A stretch of 64,000 bases of DNA from a bacterium. Lineage in GTDB: Bacteria; Electryoneota; Electryoneia; Electryoneales; Electryoneaceae. The notes under the pieces were generated by a model that was given only the letters and a program-made list of their open reading frames with translations, was not told the origin of the DNA and ran no database searches. Location: contig OY769902.1 of NCBI GenBank assembly GCA_963669175.1, positions 4,960,001-5,024,000 of the forward strand, read 5' to 3'. Of the stretch, positions 38,687 to 48,444 are shown in pieces (the first letter of the stretch is position 1; every line of letters starts with the position of its first letter). A program made the position numbers and the translations under genes.

Positions 38687-39220
38687 TTACCACCCGATCC
38701 GGTAGGAATATTCACCCTGTTCCCAGGAACCATTGCCGTTGGGAACGCCCACGGCAAATACGACTCGTGAACCGCCTGAATCCCAGCCGACCTTGAAATC
38801 ATCACCCGTCTCAAGACTGCCTGCTTCACCATTGGACAGCAGGTACTCCCAGCCATGCCCATTGTGCTGCACAGCCAGCCAGCCGAAAGTGTTCCGGGTT
38901 TCGTTGTAGTAGTAAAGGATGGACTTGTGTTCCGGTTCCAGCGTGTTCCAGTAAGAACGATTATCCCAGATATGAGTTCGGGTTACACCGCAGGCGAATT
39001 CAATATCGGCCTGAACCGCAGCATCAATGCCTTCGGAAGTAAACGGTGCAAAACCATTGACCACTTCATGACGGAAAAAAATGCGGTCGCCTTGTGAGGT
39101 CGTATAATACTTGCCACCAGCCAGTTGGGGACCGTTGTCCGGGTTGGCCAGAACCAATCCTGAAACCAGCAGAAGTAAAAACCCTATCGTTCTTTTCACG
39201 AAATGCTCACCATTTTGCAT
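38687..39220 (-). CDS. secreted hypothetical protein
   Basis: Signal-peptide-like KRTIGFLLLLVSGLVLA; aromatic-rich mature part; start uncertain. Confidence 0.65.
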   Translation of the reverse strand: MQNGEHFVKRTIGFLLLLVSGLVLANPDNGPQLAGGKYYTTSQGDRIFFRHEVVNGFAPFTSEGIDAAVQADIEFACGVTRTHIWDNRSYWNTLEPEHKSILYYYNETRNTFGWLAVQHNGHGWEYLLSNGEAGSLETGDDFKVGWDSGGSRVVFAVGVPNGNGSWEQGEYSYRIGW

Positions 39221-39322
39221 ATAGTGTTTCTCGGTTGCCTTACAGTCTAAAGTTGACGATAGTTTTTCCAAGCACTGAACATCTGTCTTGTTTTGGTCCG
39301 GTTCTTTCTGGTTGCAATCATT

Positions 39323-40487
39323 CTAGTGCCATTTTAGATCAAGTTAACTCGTTTATCGCGATGGTCTGACTGACCTTTCAGCTTGTGTTTGTTTCGGTAT
39401 CGCAGATAAGCCTGGATAGCTTGGCCCTGTTCTTGATGGTCCATGAAGGTTCGTCCTCGTAGCGCGAATTTTTTCAATGCGGCGAAGTGAGCTTCGATGC
39501 GGTTCAGCCATGATGCATAGGTCGGCGTGAAGACCAGCGTGACCCGGTTTCGTTTGGCCCATTGTCTGATTTCTGCTTTTTTATGCGAGCCACGGTTGTC
39601 GAGGATGATGTAGAGCCGGACAGTGGACGGATAACGTTTCCGAATGTTTTTGAAGAACGCCAACACCTCTGGCCACCGCTGGTTTGGACGTTGCCAGCCC
39701 CACAATTGATCACTGTGGATGTCATACGCTGCCAGCAGATAGCGCGTGCCATGGGTACGCGTATAGGTAGCCGGCAGACGGACGGGTTGCTTGTGAGGAT
39801 GCCAGCTCGCACCCGCGTGGGGCCGGATCTCCAGCGGCCCGAACTCGTCAAAGCAGATCACGCGCCGGTTTGCCTTCGGCGGCGCGTCATAGAGACGTCG
39901 GATGCGTTTTTTTTTCTGTCAAACTCGGGGTCCGGAGACTGTTTCCATGTCTTACTCTGCTGATAGCTGATCTTATTCTTGTGCAGCAACCAGCGCAGGT
40001 GCGGCAGGCTGATCGATTCGATGATGCCTTCTGCGACCAGATAATCGCGAAGCTTCTCCAGGGACCATTGGCCGAAGGGTAAGCCGAGATGGTCTGGCGG
40101 CGTAACAACAACGTCAACGATCTGCTTCTGGACAGCAGCATCGAACTTGAGCGGCTTCTGGCCTTTGTACTGACTGCCAACACAGGAAAGACCCTGTTCA
40201 TTGAAAGCATGAACGATCTTGCGGATGTAACTGGCATGCCCCATCCGTTGCTGCTGAAGCTGCACAGGGGACAGGCCGGTATCTGTCGCCAACAAAATCA
40301 TCGCACGGCGACGGGCTACGGGATCAGGACTACGATCACGAATCCGTTGAAGGGAATGACCTTCATCGACTGTCAAAGAACGAAGCTTCACTGGGGTAGA
40401 CATCAGAACCTCCTTGTTAACCTACCCCTTATACGCACTACTTTCAAAAACGACTCAACACTCAGACTTGATCTAAACTGGCACTAG
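39323..40487 (-). mobile_element. IS630 family insertion sequence, complete
   Basis: TIRs CTAGTGCCATTTTAGATCAAG / CTTGATCTAAACTGGCACTAG (1 mismatch), CTAG at both ends. Confidence 0.93.
39334..40403 (-). CDS. IS630 transposase, two ORFs joined by a -1 frameshift at an A9 run (39907-39915)
   Basis: ORF A carries the HTH (WSLEKL); ORF B the DDE motifs CFDE, ILDN, SWLNRIE; -1 shift gives DRKKKRIRRLY...VICFDE. Confidence 0.9.
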
Positions 40488-40544
40488 GATTGTTATTTTA
40501 TTGTTTTAACAAGTTTTAGCAGACATTAGCATATATTAGCGTGT

Positions 40545-40750
40545 ATTAGCAGGCTTTAGCCTGCTCCTCTTAGCCCCCGGCTTCAGCCGGGGGAACAGGA
40601 ACCACAGAAACATCGAGCGCCCTTCAGGGTGCTTCCCTAATTCTCATTATTATCACTGGTAAGCACGCTAAAGCGCGCTCAAAGTTTTTATTATATCCAC
40701 CCACCCGGCTAAAGCCGGGTGCTAAGAGGAGCCTGCTAAAGCAGGCTAAT
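40545..40750. repeat. REPIN-like inverted doublet (GCCCCCGGCTTCAGCCGGGG family)
   Basis: Arms of about 50 bp in inverted orientation, each made of hairpins with TTCA/TTTA loops. Confidence 0.78.
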
Positions 40751-40848
40751 TACTTTCGAATCAACTAGCGCTTTCGGGAACTACCAAAACACCACAAGCA
40801 CAACCATTACACCACGAGCACTACCATAACATGAAGTGGCAATCTGCA

Positions 40849-42027
40849 TCATTCACGCCCAGAGCGCAAGGCAATCACCCTGAATGGAGAAACTTTCAGG
40901 AGTTGTTCTTCCTCGAGAGAGTCCGGCACAAACAGGCATACATCTTCGGGAGCGAAACCATCAAGGGCTATATCCCCCACCACACGCCATTCCTGCTCCA
41001 CAGACCAGTCGTACCCCTCCGGCTTCACAGTCTGTATGAACAACCGCTCTTTGGCAGTATAGTGTTTGGCCTCATCAAGCGAGAGATACTTGACTGCCCG
41101 GCCGTCAACCCGTTCCAGTGCTTCACGTCTGATCCCGATACCAAAAGGTTCATAGGCCGGACGCACCTGCCGTGGACGCCATACCATCAATGCCACCATG
41201 TCCGCAGGATGAGCCGCCGACAGTGATACCAGTTCCACTCCCCCCGGCATACGCCATGCGGTTCCGTGAATACAGTTCTCCTCAAGAATCTGCATCAGCG
41301 ACTGCCACGCCGAACGGTGGTATTCCTTTTTGGATGCGACAAGTTCACGGAAATAATCATTCGCCGTCTCACCGGGCCATGGACCGGGCGAACGTCGCGT
41401 CCAGTGAACAACAAAATCCCATGATTCCTTCGAGATTAATTTAGCAACCTCGTCACGGGCTACCTGAATCATCGGCTCCGGTTTGGTAGGAGCATACTCA
41501 GTTCTGAAATCGTTATTCAGCTTTGCGTGGTACTGTGTTTCCTGAAGCGCTGTGTTGAAGAACCCACCCTCACGGATGGAAACCGGGTACAGGCGTGTTG
41601 CGTGGTCCAGAATCCACCGGTCACGTGCATGCCAGGCTGCCTTGGGTGAGCTCTTGACCGGCTCGGCGTAGGGGATCAGCAGGGTTTGTTGCGGCATAAG
41701 GCGAAACGAGCGTGAGGTTTCTATCAGCACTCGTCGAATCCCTGCATCTTCCATGGTCTCCGGCACACCGACCAGCGCGACCAACGGCCCCAACACTTCA
41801 CCCGCCGCCCATGAGGCCAACTCCCAGGTATTCATCCCGAACGAGGACAGCAGGACTTTTTCATCCTGGCAGGCGTGCGCCACCGCGGAAAGAGTGTTGC
41901 GTACCCAGCCTTCGTCCCCAGTCGGATACCGGTTCTGACGCGAGTTCAACACTGCCGCCAACGGGCGAGCGAACAACGTCTCATCGCCGTACCACAGGGA
42001 TTTCGGAAAAAGAGTAAGGGGTTGCAT
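40849..42027 (-). CDS. hypothetical protein; possible SLOG-like N-terminus and AbiGi/DUF2971-like C-terminus
   Basis: Long ORF; C-terminal HWTR...QILEE...VSLS...FGIGI...VKY...WSVEQEWR pattern; domain calls are inference. Confidence 0.7.
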   Translation of the reverse strand: MQPLTLFPKSLWYGDETLFARPLAAVLNSRQNRYPTGDEGWVRNTLSAVAHACQDEKVLLSSFGMNTWELASWAAGEVLGPLVALVGVPETMEDAGIRRVLIETSRSFRLMPQQTLLIPYAEPVKSSPKAAWHARDRWILDHATRLYPVSIREGGFFNTALQETQYHAKLNNDFRTEYAPTKPEPMIQVARDEVAKLISKESWDFVVHWTRRSPGPWPGETANDYFRELVASKKEYHRSAWQSLMQILEENCIHGTAWRMPGGVELVSLSAAHPADMVALMVWRPRQVRPAYEPFGIGIRREALERVDGRAVKYLSLDEAKHYTAKERLFIQTVKPEGYDWSVEQEWRVVGDIALDGFAPEDVCLFVPDSLEEEQLLKVSPFRVIALRSGRE

Positions 42028-42121
42028 GTCCACGCGAAAACTCCGGCACATTTGATTGTATTACGTACCGCAAAATACGAACAAGGGACCGGGTAACCTA
42101 CCCAATCCCTTGTTTTCTCTG

Positions 42122-42195
42122 TACCCCCGACAGGACTCGAACCTGTTGCCTTGGGATTAGGAATCCCACGCTCTATCCTGGTGAGCTACGGGGGC
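42122..42195 (-). tRNA. tRNA-Arg(CCT)
   Basis: GCCCCCGTAGCTCACCAGGATAGAGCGTGGGATT-CCT-AATCCCAAGGCAACAGGTTCGAGTCCTGTCGGGGGTA folds as a cloverleaf; CCA not encoded; upstream TGGACT-17-TATATT. Confidence 0.95.
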
Positions 42196-42395
42196 GACGG
42201 CGCTAATATAGCCTCCGATAACGGACGAGTCCAGACTTGGTACGTCGCTACGTTCGGAGGCATCCCCACGATTCAACCTGCACTCGGATATTCCTGCCCC
42301 CTGTTCGAGGCAAAGATTGCCAACCCCGGAAAAGCTTGATCCTTTTCTAACACTCTTCTTACAAGCAGCCTCTTGATTCTGTTACAGTTGCATTC

Positions 42396-42411
42396 AGGCA
42401 TATGGGTTGCC
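42396..42411 (+). promoter_or_regulatory. putative sigma54 promoter
   Basis: AGGCATATGGGTTGCC; IHF-like CAGCCTCTTGATT just upstream. Confidence 0.55.
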
Positions 42412-42479
42412 CTACTGAGTTTCAGATCACGAAGGCGCAGCGGATGCCGTTGTGAGTGACATAACGGAGGATGGTCAAG

Positions 42480-42680
42480 ATGATCGCTACGCATCGTGAA
42501 AAAAGGCAGGCAGATTACCTGTCACAGCTCGACAAGCCGGAAGTTTTGGATACAATCGTCGAGCGTATGCTGAATGATCTTTTCAGTGGCAAAAAAAGGT
42601 TGGGATCACGTCAACGGACTACCGGAAAACTGATCCAGCCGGAACAGGCAACGATACACTCGCTGCTACGTACAAACTGA
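42480..42680 (+). CDS. small hypothetical protein
   Basis: GGAGG RBS; KPEVLDTIVERML helix. Confidence 0.55.
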   Translation: MIATHREKRQADYLSQLDKPEVLDTIVERMLNDLFSGKKRLGSRQRTTGKLIQPEQATIHSLLRTN

Positions 42681-42705
42681 ACAGCGTAACCAGTACGGAG
42701 TACCA

Positions 42706-42975
42706 GTGAAGACTCTACGCAAATCGACCACGCACCCAGCGAAGAAGAGCGCTACCCCCATGATCCCGTCCGGGTTCGAAGGCAGGCTGGTGCCGATCTG
42801 CTCCCAATGCAACCGTATCCGTTTGAGTGGCATGGACCCACGTGTCCAGGAATCCTGGGTTAAACCCGGGTTTGATCCCTATGCCGACCCGACCATGCGT
42901 CTCTCGCATGGCCTGTGCCCAAGTTGTATGCACAAGCTGTACCCGAACCTGACTTCGGTTTCGCATTTGCATTAA
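42706..42975 (+). CDS. stand-alone zinc-finger-like protein (ICxxC...SHGxCPxC)
   Basis: PICSQCNRIR...SHGLCPSC; GGAG RBS with GTG start. Confidence 0.75.
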   Translation: MKTLRKSTTHPAKKSATPMIPSGFEGRLVPICSQCNRIRLSGMDPRVQESWVKPGFDPYADPTMRLSHGLCPSCMHKLYPNLTSVSHLH

Positions 42976-43078
42976 GCGAATTGAACCGTATCTATACAGA
43001 GAAAAACCCTGTTTCCAGGAAAACAGGGTTCAAAATCATCTATTTTTACCGATGATGGTATCAACCAAACAATAAACT

Positions 43079-43891
43079 TTACTTCCACGCCCTTGCCATA
43101 AGCCCGCCGCCTTTCAGGTGATCCAGGGTCATGTCCGCCAGCATGAAACGATGCGCGAACGGGAAGACCAGCAGGTAATACGGCAGCAGCAACGGTGCAA
43201 AAAACAGCGACCGTTCCAACAGGCGGAACGGAATCCCCTGCATCATCCACCAGCTCACCATCCCCCAGCGGCCATAAGTGTACCGCAGTTCAACACGCTT
43301 GAACCCGGCTTCGTGCAACTTTTCGCGAAGCTCACGGTAGGCGTATCCCTCACGCACATGTTCGCCAACAAAGAACTCCTGCTCGTGGCGGTCCTCGAGA
43401 CGGCTGTCCTTTTCCGAAGCGGGAGTATGAATAAAGAGCTGACCACCCGGTTTCAGGGACTTCCGGATGTTGGTCATTACCTTCACATCATCTTCAATAT
43501 GTTCAAGGATATCAACCGCGATTGCCAGGTTGTAGGTATCCGTTTCATCCAGTTCTTCCAGCGGTTGGATGCGGAAACTGCAACGATCCCCAAACCCTTC
43601 GCCCTCGAAATACTTCCGGCTGTCGTCCACCTGTTCCTGTGTGATCTCAACCCCGACCAGGGAGACATCACTACGACCACGCAACACCTGGTCGGAATAA
43701 GGGCCGAAACCAAATCCGGCATCTAGCACCATTGATCCCGGGGGCAACTGCTCCAGGATGTGTTTCAGTTGGCGACGCACATGCCGCACCCGCAGAAAAC
43801 CCAGATGGAAAGCTTTAAACGCAAGACGCCTGCAAATACGGCTTTTACGCATCGGTATTGCTATGATGTTCTTAACTCGATCGTATTCCAT
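43079..43891 (-). CDS. class I SAM-dependent methyltransferase
   Basis: VLDAGFGFG, DILEHIEDD, LKPGG. Confidence 0.9.
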   Translation of the reverse strand: MEYDRVKNIIAIPMRKSRICRRLAFKAFHLGFLRVRHVRRQLKHILEQLPPGSMVLDAGFGFGPYSDQVLRGRSDVSLVGVEITQEQVDDSRKYFEGEGFGDRCSFRIQPLEELDETDTYNLAIAVDILEHIEDDVKVMTNIRKSLKPGGQLFIHTPASEKDSRLEDRHEQEFFVGEHVREGYAYRELREKLHEAGFKRVELRYTYGRWGMVSWWMMQGIPFRLLERSLFFAPLLLPYYLLVFPFAHRFMLADMTLDHLKGGGLMARAWK

Positions 43892-44159
43892 GCCTGCCTC
43901 ATCTCCGTATCCAGTAGAGGTTGTTCGGTATTCCTTACCTGTAGTCTCTGGCACGACAAATTCGTATCTAAAGTTCCCAAGCGCAAGGCAAGAAAAAAAG
44001 TCATGGCCCGATTTGACTCCATCGTTCAACGGCTGTCAGTAAACCGTTGATAAGGGAGTAGATCCCCGCCTGCCAGACTGGGACACTTCATTCGAAAGCT
44101 ATGGTATGGCCATTCTCGATTTTATTCCTTCATCGAGATAGTATTATCATACTGCCACG

Positions 44160-44320
44160 AAAAGGGGACGGAATCCCTTTCCCCACGCCATATTCAGGAC
44201 AGTCCCGCTGACCTCGCGGGAAAGGAAGCTGTACCCTTTTCACTGGGATAAAGCTGGATCACTAAACACAGAACAGAGTGTCAGGCATGATCACAGGCAA
44301 AAGGGTACAGTCACCTTTTC
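44160..44320. repeat. cluster of AAAGGG(T)ACAG-type short palindromic repeats
   Basis: 44220-44241 is an inverted copy of 44299-44320; same family as 14950-15200. Confidence 0.55.
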
Positions 44321-44489
44321 GATTGCCCTTTTGCTGCGGATCTCATACTCTGACACAACGAGATGCTGCCACGAAAAGATAGCAACTACACTCCTGATGC
44401 CTCACATTGTGTACTGATTCGAAACAGTAATTACCCAACAAAAAACCCGCCACAGGGCGGGAGAAATGTCACAGGGATTAAAAATCAAA

Positions 44490-45443
44490 TCAGATCTCAA
44501 CCGTTAACCCTTCATAGGCGAGCAGGATTTCCAGATCAATATTCGGGAAACTCTTTTCCTTTTCTTCACGGGCCCGGTTCAGCATTTCTTCTACAAAATC
44601 ATCCGCATAATTGGGTTCATGGTGGAATAGCGCCAAGCGTTTCACATTGGCGAGCGCCGCAATATAGACCCCCATGATAGACGAAGAATGGCCCCAGTCT
44701 TCCTTGATGAGGCTTTCTTCGAGAGTGTACTGGGAATCGAAGACCAGCAGATCCGCATCCTGGAAAAACTCGATCGCACGTTCCTTGGAATGTGCAGCGC
44801 CTCGTTTGTACTCACTGTCTGTGGCAAAGACTACTGATTTGCCTTCGTGTTCGATACGATACCCGAAACATCGTCCCGGATGGTTCAATTCATGCACCAT
44901 GAACGACCCGCCGCCGGGAAGCTCGTACGTTTGTCCCTCAACAACATGATTAAAATCGAACTGTGCAGGATAAATCTCGAGGGGAACCGGGAAGTACTCA
45001 GGCGCCTGCTGGCCACGCAGTCGAGCTTCGATATCCTCGTGGCCGGAATAGACGGAAATTCTGTTTCTCTGGAAGACGGGCGGGAAGAACATCAAGCCCT
45101 GAATATGATCCCAGTGGGTGTGTGTCATCAGGAGTTGAAGATGACCTTCGCCTTTGCCGCATGGGCCCTTCATCAACTCTTTGCCAATACCCCGAATACC
45201 GGTTCCTGCATCGAGGATTACAGTGGTTCCGGGCCATTCCACGCTTAAACAGGTCGTGTTCCCGCCTACGGTACCCAACTGGAATCGAGAATACCGGCTG
45301 CGCAGGTATTTCTCAACTTCGCCCGGGTCCGTTATGCCGGCCTTGACGACATCCTTGGTAATATTGATTACCTTGGATTCGATCTGTTCAGGGCTGAGTG
45401 GTGTGGGAATGCTCCCTCGTACTCCCCAGAACCGAACCTGCAT
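44490..45443 (-). CDS. MBL-fold metallo-hydrolase
   Basis: FWGVRGSIP, THTHWDH, WGHS, FHHEP. Confidence 0.92.
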   Translation of the reverse strand: MQVRFWGVRGSIPTPLSPEQIESKVINITKDVVKAGITDPGEVEKYLRSRYSRFQLGTVGGNTTCLSVEWPGTTVILDAGTGIRGIGKELMKGPCGKGEGHLQLLMTHTHWDHIQGLMFFPPVFQRNRISVYSGHEDIEARLRGQQAPEYFPVPLEIYPAQFDFNHVVEGQTYELPGGGSFMVHELNHPGRCFGYRIEHEGKSVVFATDSEYKRGAAHSKERAIEFFQDADLLVFDSQYTLEESLIKEDWGHSSSIMGVYIAALANVKRLALFHHEPNYADDFVEEMLNRAREEKEKSFPNIDLEILLAYEGLTVEI

Positions 45444-45570
45444 AAGCGATTCATCCCTCCGTCAATGCACATCGTCCACACTGTACCCTAAAAATACGAA
45501 AATGAAGTTAGGTGTACCATTAATTTTTCAACGTGCGCCAGGTCACTTGAAGAGACAAAACCCCCTCTCG

Positions 45571-48255
45571 TTACCTGATAATGACGAACTTACCCAGCTC
45601 AACATCACCTTTATTCTCGTCTGTCATGTCTTCTACACTGAAAATATACAGTCCGGATACAACCTGCTGCTGGTTTCTGCTGTTCAGATCCCACGCCTCT
45701 GCGTAATCAAGCTGTTCCGTAGAATTCTGGTCCCCGGCAATGTTGTGCGGAAGGATCTGCACCAGGTCGCCGGATACGGTGAAGATCCGGATCAGGCACT
45801 CCTCCGGCAGATTGTAGAAATACATGCGCCTGTCAAGGGACGGGAAATAATCGACTGTGCCATCATCCCTGTTTTCCCAGGCCAGTCCATTGCCATGGAC
45901 AACGGTATAATTCTGGTCCGCACGGTAAGGATTGGGAACAACTCCCGGTTTTTTATCAGGCGATCCGGAAGGGGCAATGTACACGCACGCAGCGCCCTTG
46001 GAACTCTCCAGCGATGGTGTCCCCGACTTGTGATCGCCGAAATCAAACACGGTTACAGCATACCACATCGGCATCATTGGGTGCGCATGAGGCAATTCGA
46101 ACTCGTACTGTTGCGTCGCTTCATTCCAGATATCATCGAACCCGACATTCGGGCCGACGGCTTTCAAATGCCCTACTGTACCTTCAATCAAACTGTCCAG
46201 CGGGTAATTGGTTTTATCCGGAAAAGGCTCGCACAACAGGCTGTCATTGTCGCTGTAGTAGGCGTAATCCTCGCGGTCATACGTAGCCAGGAAACTGTAT
46301 TCAGCCTCTAATCCTGTGGCCGAACTGTACAGCGAATATCCTTCAAAGTCCCACACCCTGCTGAATGGATCCCGGTAATCGGGATCTTCACTGGGCATCG
46401 GCTTCCAGGTAATGACAATCTTGTCATGATAAGCTTCGTATTGAATGTCCGGTATCGGCGGCGGCGGCGGTCCCTGGAAATCGGGTACGCCATCGCCGTG
46501 GTCCAGCATGCCATTCAACGTGGTATAGTCAAATCGAGTCGGTTTGTACGGGTTATCGTCTTCTTCTTCCTGCAAACGACTGTCGCCTTCTCCCTCGTCA
46601 GGACCTGGGTAAATGCCAATGAATACTCCTTCGATGACAACGGAATCACCCCTGTTTTCAGCATACAGGTAGTCAATACCGGTATCTTCACCGTACCAGC
46701 CATCACCATCGGTGTCAACCATCGGGTTGTCATACACTTTGGCGACCCAGTCCGCGTTGTAACGTAAATCGGCAAAGTTGTACAGGCTGGGATCAATGAT
46801 TGCGTTGGTCGGTTGCGGGTGATTCCTGTCATGGAAGTTCTCACCGGCAACGTAGCCAACTGTCATGCTGAACTTTTCACCCGGGTTCAAACGGTAAACG
46901 CGCTGCCCGGATTCATCGGTAAAGTCATAAATCCCAAGCGGTCCCCAGGACAACAGGTAGCGGGTATCATAGCCATTCTGTAGATCCTGCATAACCCCGG
47001 CTTCATCTTCGGAGAAGATTTTCCAGGCGTGCTCCTCTGTCGCCCCTGTAACAGGATTAACGAAGGTCTGCGGATTATCGGCAATCCAATCGGCATTATC
47101 GGAATAGGTCTGATCGTAGTCGAATTCACGGTTGCTCAGGACGAAATACTTTCGTGCATCACCAAGCGGGGTACCATACCGTGTTGTCCAGTCGCTTTGG
47201 GAGTTATCATCTTCCCAGGCAGGCCCGAAGTCCAGGTTATCATCCGTATTGGAGATCCACCAGTTAAAGCTGGTTTTCAGACGCGGGTTCGGGGCACGAA
47301 CCACTCGCACACCGGTAACATGAGGAGTTGCGAAATCACTACCTGATGTGATATCCACATACCGTCCATCATTATCGGCAATCCAGGCAGTATTGATTAC
47401 GGCCGAATCCGGAATACCGTCCGCGTTCTCGTAGTAGTAGTATTTCTGGAACCCGCAAACGTCGTCCGTATGCCCTTCCAGCAAACCGCCACGAGTCTGT
47501 TCGTAAATCTCACCAACATCCGCATCGATATACAGACCGACATACAGGTTTTTCAAGTAGTTGTCGGCAATATTCTCGATTTCCCAGTCGATAATGATGA
47601 AGTCGCGGGCATACGCATAACTCCAGGAATAACTGGTCTGCGTAACCTTTATACCCAGCGGATAATGACCGCCATCCAGGGGGTCGGTTTCCACATAATA
47701 GGCATCAGTCAACGTATCCGAATAGGAAACGATGAAATCCTGCTCGCTGACAGCGGAATCTGAACTGATAAAATCGCCGAGACGGTTATAAGCATTGGGG
47801 CGAGTCGTGCGTTCTACAACGGGATCAGGGGTTTCACCGGGGTAGAATTCATGTATACGCGGAAAAATCCAGCCTTCGGATCCGGTGGAAACTCGTGGAA
47901 ACTGGAAGCCCTCATCCTGGATCATGGCGCCCAGCCAAAGCGATCCCTGGTACAGGTATTGATCTTCACTACCGCCAGGGAATTCACATTGCGGCGCCCA
48001 GGTGCCCGGGTATTCCGGGTCTTCCATCTGTTCTTCATTGGTCACACTGGAGTTACCGAAATACCCCCAGTTGGTAATATTCATCCACATGGACCCCGCA
48101 CGATGCACACGGTTATCCGTGTCGATATCAATCACATTGATACGTCGCACCGATGGATCAACCGGCCCCCTGTAGTCGGGTGGTTTCGGTGCATGACGTC
48201 CCCAGGCAGACGCAACGAAAAACAGGCAAATCGTCAGCAGTACACTCCGCTTCAT
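45571..48255 (-). CDS. large acidic secreted protein with T9SS/FlgD-Ig-like C-terminus
   Basis: Signal peptide; DTDGDG Ca-binding-like motif; VVPNPY...IRIFTVSG...WDL...SGLYIF...GKFVIIR. Confidence 0.82.
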   Translation of the reverse strand: MKRSVLLTICLFFVASAWGRHAPKPPDYRGPVDPSVRRINVIDIDTDNRVHRAGSMWMNITNWGYFGNSSVTNEEQMEDPEYPGTWAPQCEFPGGSEDQYLYQGSLWLGAMIQDEGFQFPRVSTGSEGWIFPRIHEFYPGETPDPVVERTTRPNAYNRLGDFISSDSAVSEQDFIVSYSDTLTDAYYVETDPLDGGHYPLGIKVTQTSYSWSYAYARDFIIIDWEIENIADNYLKNLYVGLYIDADVGEIYEQTRGGLLEGHTDDVCGFQKYYYYENADGIPDSAVINTAWIADNDGRYVDITSGSDFATPHVTGVRVVRAPNPRLKTSFNWWISNTDDNLDFGPAWEDDNSQSDWTTRYGTPLGDARKYFVLSNREFDYDQTYSDNADWIADNPQTFVNPVTGATEEHAWKIFSEDEAGVMQDLQNGYDTRYLLSWGPLGIYDFTDESGQRVYRLNPGEKFSMTVGYVAGENFHDRNHPQPTNAIIDPSLYNFADLRYNADWVAKVYDNPMVDTDGDGWYGEDTGIDYLYAENRGDSVVIEGVFIGIYPGPDEGEGDSRLQEEEDDNPYKPTRFDYTTLNGMLDHGDGVPDFQGPPPPPIPDIQYEAYHDKIVITWKPMPSEDPDYRDPFSRVWDFEGYSLYSSATGLEAEYSFLATYDREDYAYYSDNDSLLCEPFPDKTNYPLDSLIEGTVGHLKAVGPNVGFDDIWNEATQQYEFELPHAHPMMPMWYAVTVFDFGDHKSGTPSLESSKGAACVYIAPSGSPDKKPGVVPNPYRADQNYTVVHGNGLAWENRDDGTVDYFPSLDRRMYFYNLPEECLIRIFTVSGDLVQILPHNIAGDQNSTEQLDYAEAWDLNSRNQQQVVSGLYIFSVEDMTDENKGDVELGKFVIIR

Positions 48256-48444
48256 GCTCCCTCGCTTTCACGGCTCATGACGGCACACGACTACAGGAAA
48301 ATCCACTTCTATAGTGTAAAGGTTCGGTCCCTCATGATCAAGACGGCAGACCCTCCAGAAAAAAATTCTGCCATGCAAGATGGACCGAAAAAAACAAGCG
48401 ATCAACCGAGGATAGTACATCCCCGGTTGATTGCAACTGTTTTA

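Noticed and set aside
39858-39915. IS630 transposase as a frameshifted pseudogene
   Set aside because: A split at an A-run between the HTH and DDE ORFs is typical programmed recoding in IS630; TIRs and catalytic motifs are intact.
42122-42195. tRNA-anchored integrative island
   Set aside because: No integrase and no duplicated tRNA 3' end were found in the window.
45154-46311. 385-aa + strand ORF, and similar long ORFs at 47851, 48790, 49858, 55225, 56136 and 62264
   Set aside because: Antisense shadows of well-supported minus-strand genes, with no recognisable motifs.
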